IMG/VR virus record: IMGVR_UViG_3300031853_000003
Span: 91,392-155,391 of that record
DNA: 64,000 bases
Origin: a virus
Lineage: Duplodnaviria; Caudoviricetes
Direction: 5' to 3' (one strand)
In this document: one piece after another, positions 58,099 through 64,000 of the stretch
Layout of the letters: each line of letters opens with the position of its first letter
How positions within the stretch are numbered: position 1 is the first letter of the stretch
Notes under the pieces: model-generated
The model's database searches: none
The model's input: only the letters and a program-made list of their open reading frames with translations
Told to the model about the DNA's origin: nothing
Made by a program: the position numbers and the translations under genes

Positions 58099-58739
58099 AT
58101 TAGTCGATGAACCCTTTGACGTATATTTCACTAGATATGTGATTGAGGTTCAAGACATAGATATACAGAAAGAGATACAGTCTCTGCAGAATTGCAACTC
58201 AATCGACCTTGATATGATGAGTAAGGTCATTGAAGAAACTTATCGGAGGTTGTTGCAATGATAAGCTTCAACAAGCTACAAACATATTACATTAAACTAT
58301 ATACTCAGTTGAGGAATTATTCGTGGGATTTCAAAACTGTTGAAATCATCGCTGATCTTGAAACCTCTGTACATTGTGCGTTTCCAGATCTTGCAGAGGT
58401 CAGACGCAATCTTGTTAACCTTCGTACTCGCATGACAGATGTTATCAGAGACGATGAAGATCTGCAGAAGGCGTATGATAGATTCTACGATGTTCTACAA
58501 AATGAGACGGAAGTGTATGCAAAACTTCCCGAGGTACATGAGGTGATTCAATAATGAAACTGAATAAGTCCAATCTCAAGATGAAGCCTGCTGCGAAGCC
58601 TGTCGCAGCCTCTAAGAATGAAGCAGCTAAGAAGTACATCCGTGCTGCTATTGATGAACTCGGCAAGACTGCTAAGACCAACTCTGCTTCCCGAGAAGCA
58701 ATCGCTAATCTCGGAGTAGTCCTGCTCGATCTGGACTAA
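58067..58739 (+). CDS. Three small hypothetical genes (58067-58261, 58258-58554, 58554-58739)
   Basis: Coupled ORFs with RBSs. Confidence 0.55.
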
Positions 58740-58757
58740 TTCTTAGGAGGTATTTGA

Positions 58758-59270
58758 ATGTCTAACCTCAATACTTTTGAGGGTTCTGGTGCTCAACTTA
58801 ATTCTTTACAAGCTAAGCAGAAGGAATACATCGAGAAGATGCGAGCCAATCTGCTAGTATGCGGAACAGACTCAACGTCTACTGTAACCGCAATCAATAA
58901 TATAACAGTTCTCAGAATCTATCATCAAATTGATAGAATAATAAAATATCTGGATCTGATGGATAAATTAGAGGAGAAGATGTATAAGTCTATCGAGTAC
59001 ACGATAGATAAATCAAGCCCCGAAAGTACTGCCACATGGTTCACTCTGTTAGGTATCCAAGAAAGAATGCAGAAGCTAATGATAGAATCTCATAAGCTAC
59101 TGCAGCCCTACTTGGACATTGAGAACCTGACATTGACAGAGTTGATGCCTAAGCAGGCTGAGGCTGGTACATCGTCTTCTCCAATTTTGTTGAGTGCAGA
59201 ATCTAGAGAAAAGTTACGTACAAATGCACAGACTGTGCTGAATGGGCTTAAGATAGAAGATGCGGGGTGA
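58758..59270 (+). CDS. Probable terminase small subunit
   Basis: Helical 170-aa ORF immediately before terL; positional inference. Confidence 0.5.
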   Translation: MSNLNTFEGSGAQLNSLQAKQKEYIEKMRANLLVCGTDSTSTVTAINNITVLRIYHQIDRIIKYLDLMDKLEEKMYKSIEYTIDKSSPESTATWFTLLGIQERMQKLMIESHKLLQPYLDIENLTLTELMPKQAEAGTSSSPILLSAESREKLRTNAQTVLNGLKIEDAG

Positions 59271-59275
59271 TTTGA

Positions 59276-61627
59276 GTGTCCTTAGAGTATGACGCAAATC
59301 TCCCTGAAAGAATACAGAGTATATACAATTCGTGTTCCGCGGATGAACGAAGATACCTGGTGCAGATCTTACAAGAGATCAGCTCATATGGATACTCAGA
59401 AACATATGAACAAATCTGGTTGGCTGATTTCAAAGAGATTCCAGTTTCAATAGATGAATTCATCTGTAATCCATTGTACCTCGGTGAGACAAACCGAAAT
59501 GGTGATGCTGTATATCCGTTCTGGAGGGATACAGCTCGCGACATCTTTAGTCACGGAAATCAATACAATGAAATAATACTTAGCGGTGCAACTCGTATAG
59601 GAAAGACTTCAGAGTCAATCATCATATCTGCATACATGTTATATCGATTGATGCTATACAGAGACCCACATTCATATTTCCAGAAGAAGCAAGTATCTAA
59701 GTTTACAATCGCATTTGCAAACCTGACCAAGGAACTTGCAGAGGGTGTAGCGTTCCGTGAATTCAACGATACATTGAAGAACAGCCAGTGGTTCAATGAA
59801 CACGGAAAGTTCTCTCGAAGCGACAGAAAATTCTACTACATCCCAGAAGGCGATAAGATAGATATACTTGCCGCATCAGATGCAGCACATCTGCTTGGTA
59901 TGCAGATTTGGTGCTTAGTTGGAGACACTAAAATAATGACACCCGACGGTGTAATGACGCTTGAAGATGCTGCAAATTCATATCAAGAAATACTTCAACT
60001 AAATGCTCACGGTGAACTCGACTGGTGTGTTGCTCCTGTTCTAGAGACAAAGCGAGCTGAAGAAACAATCCGTATAACGCTAGAAGACGGGAGCACAATT
60101 GAGGGTACTCCTGAACATCAGGTTATGCTGTCAGACGGAACATATGAATCACTCGGAGATCTAACAGAAGACGACGATCTGCTAACTTTTAATACAGATA
60201 AGGCAGATCAGATGAAAGTAGCGAAAATTGAACGAATACATCATGAAACTCCTATTCCTGTTTACGATGTAATCAATGCCGGTGAATCGCATAACTTTGC
60301 TGTGGTTTTGGGTGATTCGTTAGCGATTTCTCATAATTGCTGTGTAATGGACGAAACCAACTTCGCCAAAGCTGGTATCAAAGATATCAACATAGCGAAG
60401 CAGCACATGAAGAATCTGTATGATACAGTCAATGCCCGTATATCTGGTACATTTAGAATCGGTGGTGAAGTTTATGGTAAGCTGATAGCTTCATCATCTA
60501 AGAATACAGATTCCGACTTCTTGTCAGATCACATAGAGAGTCAGCTCAATGCTGGAAATACTCATCTGTACCTAGTAGATAAACCTCAGTGGGAGGTACT
60601 GCCAAAGTCGATGTTCAGCGACAAGGTATTCCATTTCACTGTAGGAGATAGATACAAACGAGGGTTCGTCATACCCCCAGAAAACGATGACGCAGAACAT
60701 CATGAAGAGTATATTCGTCAAGGATATACTGTTATGGAAGCTCCTGAGGAGATGCGCAGAAACTTCCTTGCTGATTATGATATTTCATTAAGAGATATCG
60801 CGGGAATATCTGTCGTAGGTGCAATGGGCTTCATAACACAGGAAGCTATTACACCGAACCTATCACAAACTCGTCACAATCCATTCTACACAGATACAAT
60901 ACAGGTTGGTACAAAAGACAATCGCACTATTGAGGAATTCTTCAGAGTAGATGTTGTAGCACCTTCGTTGAAACGCTGCTTGATGAATATTCACCTTGAC
61001 TTATCTGAATCAGGGGACCGAACAGGTATAGATGGTGTATGTGTAGACGGATACAAGTTGATAACTGATTATGAAGGAAAGAAAGTCGAGATGCCATATC
61101 TTCGAGAAGTGTTTGCAGTAGGTGTAGAACATCCACCTGGAGATCGACTATCCTTCCAGAAAGTTGTTAACTTCCTACTGTGGTTGAGACGTACTGGATT
61201 CAACATTGGTACAATATCAACTGACCAGTATCAGTCAAGTTATCTACGAGAGTTACTGTCAGCTCAAGGGTTCAAGACAGAGAAGATATCTGTTGATAGA
61301 TCTGAAGAGCCGTATATAGGACTCAAGAACATACTATATGATCAGCGAATAGAGTTGATAAAGAACGACATAAGAGATTATGAGCTGGTCAATCTGCAGC
61401 GAGTGAACGGTAAGATAGATCATAAGACGAACGGATCTAAGGATATTGCTGACTGCTTATGCGGAGCTTGTTGGACACTGACAACAGAGCATGCAGTTCC
61501 TAAACCTTCACCCAAATCTGTAGCAAGTGTTATATCTAGTGTAAACGGTCGTAACTCACGACCTGGTATAGGAAGTTTACCTTCCGTATTTCAATCACCA
61601 TATCGCAATTATAATGGAAAGAGGTAA
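59276..61627 (+). CDS. Terminase large subunit containing an intein
   Basis: GATRIGKT Walker A, VMDE Walker B, IASSS, nuclease HLDLS..GD.TG, DQYQS, KIDH...SKDIAD. Confidence 0.92.
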   Translation: MSLEYDANLPERIQSIYNSCSADERRYLVQILQEISSYGYSETYEQIWLADFKEIPVSIDEFICNPLYLGETNRNGDAVYPFWRDTARDIFSHGNQYNEIILSGATRIGKTSESIIISAYMLYRLMLYRDPHSYFQKKQVSKFTIAFANLTKELAEGVAFREFNDTLKNSQWFNEHGKFSRSDRKFYYIPEGDKIDILAASDAAHLLGMQIWCLVGDTKIMTPDGVMTLEDAANSYQEILQLNAHGELDWCVAPVLETKRAEETIRITLEDGSTIEGTPEHQVMLSDGTYESLGDLTEDDDLLTFNTDKADQMKVAKIERIHHETPIPVYDVINAGESHNFAVVLGDSLAISHNCCVMDETNFAKAGIKDINIAKQHMKNLYDTVNARISGTFRIGGEVYGKLIASSSKNTDSDFLSDHIESQLNAGNTHLYLVDKPQWEVLPKSMFSDKVFHFTVGDRYKRGFVIPPENDDAEHHEEYIRQGYTVMEAPEEMRRNFLADYDISLRDIAGISVVGAMGFITQEAITPNLSQTRHNPFYTDTIQVGTKDNRTIEEFFRVDVVAPSLKRCLMNIHLDLSESGDRTGIDGVCVDGYKLITDYEGKKVEMPYLREVFAVGVEHPPGDRLSFQKVVNFLLWLRRTGFNIGTISTDQYQSSYLRELLSAQGFKTEKISVDRSEEPYIGLKNILYDQRIELIKNDIRDYELVNLQRVNGKIDHKTNGSKDIADCLCGACWTLTTEHAVPKPSPKSVASVISSVNGRNSRPGIGSLPSVFQSPYRNYNGKR
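59912..60337 (+). mobile_element. 142-aa mini-intein
   Basis: CLVGDT N-terminus, TPEH block B, VYD..HNF block F, SHN/C junction; no endonuclease. Confidence 0.92.
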
Positions 61628-61633
61628 TAATTC

Positions 61634-63199
61634 ATGTATGTTAGAAACTGTCTAATTGCAGGAGACCATCTTACTGTAATACCTGTAGGATTTCCACTGG
61701 TACTGCAGTACAACTCAAACGGAATTCTTGAACGAGCGTTCAAAGGGTTTGATGCTCTAGTAGAGAATGAAGTCACTGAGAAGGTAGTTCGCACCATTCG
61801 CAACTACCAAACATGTCCGATTTCTGTCCCCATCAAGACTGGTACATCTACTATTCACGGTGTGCTTTACACCTCGGATATCTACAAGGTTGAAGGTGAG
61901 CTGCCGGGATGTATTGAAGAGGCTCTGCTTGCAGACTTCGACAAGAATCCAGAGAAATTTAGATTCTACGCAACAGATGTATCTAGTACAGCAACACTGT
62001 TCCACGGAATCGCACCTACCCGTAACTGGTTGTCAATGTCACGATTCAATCTACTTCCGAGCTGGGTCATCCCGGTCAAGTTCGGCAAAGAAGAATTCAT
62101 CAAGATGATCGACACTGATCGTTACACCTTCAACTTCCCGATGATCACTCATTATCTTATCCATCGCAAGGATAAGGTCCTTGTGCAGCCTACTAAGCTC
62201 AAGCAGTATTTCGTCAAGTATGCTAGCATCTACACTGATGAAAACGGTTATATCAAATCTAAGATAGCATTCAGTGGAACCGATGAAGTAATCTACATCG
62301 ACTACTCTGATATGGTTTCGTACAACATCCATCCGGGAACAATGCTGGTGTTAGATATGTATAACACTATCATAAACGCATACAATACAGATGCAGATAT
62401 GCGTAATCCGTATCCACAGAAGTTGACCTGTAGAGTATGCGGTAACTCGTTTGTTGTACCTAGAGTAGGCGATGTAACCTGCCCAGATCCGCACTGTATG
62501 TCAAAGATGTACCCTGCACTCAATCACTTCCTGCAGACCTTGAAACTTCCTCCCATTGCGTTCACAGCATACCAAGAATACATCGACACAGGTAAGCTCC
62601 ACAAGGTGTCAGATATTTTCGACATGGATGAGTATAAGGACACCCAAGTAGAAGCTACTCTGTTCCAGATTGTGTCCGCACTGGTACCTGTATCGGTAGT
62701 GGCCAATACATCAGTTATTCAGTCACTGACCAATCAGTGCAACAACAATAAGAGCACACTTCTTTACTACATTCGACACGCTGACAGAATCGCACAGGAT
62801 ATTCAACTGCCTGACGTGTTTGGTCAGAGGTTGAAGCAATGGTTGATGGATCCATACAACGTCTCGGAACTTGAGAGTGTATTATCCTCTGAACATGTAA
62901 CTGTTATTGAAACCGACAAGAAGTTTGAAGGAGCTCCCATATTCCGCGGTAAGACCATTTTCATCACGGGTAACTTCGTACACGGATCTACAGCGGATAT
63001 CGTAGCTATTCTCAAGAGCTACGCTGCTCAGGTTTCTAACAACGTCTCGGATTGCCAGTGTGTTATCACCGGAGATTCGATGGAAGATCTAGATGGTAGA
63101 TCTATCAGATATGCAAAGCAGAACAACATCCCGGTATTCACTGAGAGCCAGTTCTTCGCCAAGTATGAAATCGACGAAGACCTCAGTTTGAACCTTTAA
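61634..63199 (+). CDS. Catalytically inactive LigA paralogue
   Basis: Colinear with LigA (adenylation, OB, C4 Zn finger CRVC..C...C, BRCT GKTIFITG), but KxDG is replaced by IPVG. Confidence 0.75.
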   Translation: MYVRNCLIAGDHLTVIPVGFPLVLQYNSNGILERAFKGFDALVENEVTEKVVRTIRNYQTCPISVPIKTGTSTIHGVLYTSDIYKVEGELPGCIEEALLADFDKNPEKFRFYATDVSSTATLFHGIAPTRNWLSMSRFNLLPSWVIPVKFGKEEFIKMIDTDRYTFNFPMITHYLIHRKDKVLVQPTKLKQYFVKYASIYTDENGYIKSKIAFSGTDEVIYIDYSDMVSYNIHPGTMLVLDMYNTIINAYNTDADMRNPYPQKLTCRVCGNSFVVPRVGDVTCPDPHCMSKMYPALNHFLQTLKLPPIAFTAYQEYIDTGKLHKVSDIFDMDEYKDTQVEATLFQIVSALVPVSVVANTSVIQSLTNQCNNNKSTLLYYIRHADRIAQDIQLPDVFGQRLKQWLMDPYNVSELESVLSSEHVTVIETDKKFEGAPIFRGKTIFITGNFVHGSTADIVAILKSYAAQVSNNVSDCQCVITGDSMEDLDGRSIRYAKQNNIPVFTESQFFAKYEIDEDLSLNL

Positions 63200-63225
63200 T
63201 ATCCGTAGGTAATGAGGTGAGATAA

Positions 63226-64000
63226 TTGGCTCGATGGTTTGATAGATTTCGTGCTCGCAATGATCAGTCACAGAGACGAAATCGTGTATCCTGGCTGAAA
63301 TCAGTAGTGTCTGGATCAATATTCAACAGATCCATGTTGAAAGGTGATACCAGTCTTGCTGATATAAAAACACAGATAGACACAATGCGAGCCCTTGCTC
63401 GCGATTCACAGATAAACACAGCTCTTTCATACTACGCAACTGATGCGACTACAGTTAATACGAACAACCAGATTATCTGGGCTACTTCGGATAAGCAGCA
63501 CGCAGATGTTGCGAAGATAATCAATGACATATTCAGGAGATATGACATCAATTCATATGCGCGTGATCATATTCTCGAACTTGCGACTATCGGAAACTTA
63601 TACATTCCGACAACACTGATGTATCGCGACGAAGGTAATCCAGTTTCGTCTGAAAGAGTTGTACTTGACAACAACACTATTCCAGATTGGGCATATGATA
63701 TAGTTCCATCGACAAAGATACCTCCTGAAGATATCGTACATATCTACAAAGAGGGCAGACCGTTTGGATATATCTACAAGCCTGAAGACGATTATGTTGG
63801 TGCTTCTAGAATCCCTGAAGATGGAGTAATCCATTTCTCTCTAGGTGGACTGTTAGGCGAATACACAATAGATGCTCGCATACAGCAAGGCGGCGATATG
63901 GAAACATTTGATATCAAGTTTGCTCAGCCATTGATGGATAAGGCGGTACAGCCTACCCAGACACTTACACTTCTCGAAGATGCAATGGTGCTGTCTTCGC
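63226..64000 (+). CDS. Portal protein, N-terminal part (runs off the window)
   Basis: TTG start after GAGGTG; MRALARDSQINTALSYYATDAT resembles the T4-gp20-like portal motif; follows the terminase. Confidence 0.75.
   Translation, partial: MARWFDRFRARNDQSQRRNRVSWLKSVVSGSIFNRSMLKGDTSLADIKTQIDTMRALARDSQINTALSYYATDATTVNTNNQIIWATSDKQHADVAKIINDIFRRYDINSYARDHILELATIGNLYIPTTLMYRDEGNPVSSERVVLDNNTIPDWAYDIVPSTKIPPEDIVHIYKEGRPFGYIYKPEDDYVGASRIPEDGVIHFSLGGLLGEYTIDARIQQGGDMETFDIKFAQPLMDKAVQPTQTLTLLEDAMVLSS

Noticed and set aside
1-64000. Stop-codon reassignment, DGR/retron, or prophage integration module
   Set aside because: Conserved genes are intact in code 11 using all three stops; no suppressor tRNA, reverse transcriptase, integrase or att repeat in the window.

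Overview
64 kb segment of a large, lytic-looking tailed phage. Strong GGAGG Shine-Dalgarno sites, sigmaA-type promoters and Clostridia-like accessory genes point to a Firmicutes host (inference). Standard genetic code; almost all genes are on the + strand. Contents: (i) an RNA-gene island at ~6-12.6 kb with a tmRNA carrying an unusual 21-aa tag, 5 canonical tRNAs, 2 aberrant tRNA-like RNAs, a probable ROOL-type large RNA and a possible miniature raiA-motif-like RNA; (ii) NAD ligase, ThyX and a virion/tail module; (iii) a queuosine-precursor transporter coupled to an amidase; (iv) a ClpX lacking its ClpP-docking loop; (v) two divergent phage sigma factors, with three promoter classes readable from the sequence (host sigmaA, TCGTTA, ACCTT), suggesting a transcription cascade; (vi) a probable origin with an adjacent rod-like RNA; (vii) a complete replisome (helicase, primase, RNase H, SSB, family-A polymerase, beta clamp, gamma/delta/delta' loader, RecA, resolvase); (viii) a DpdA/TGT-like transglycosylase, DUF5664 and a degenerate QueD; (ix) a terminase with a mini-intein, a catalytically dead LigA paralogue and the start of the portal. 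Best candidates for new biology: a salvage-type 7-deazaguanine DNA-modification system (QPTR + amidase + dead QueD + DpdA-like), a tmRNA / IGF-less ClpX non-degradative rescue pair, the two-sigma cascade, and the unusual ncRNAs. All family calls come from motif recognition by eye; no database searches were run.
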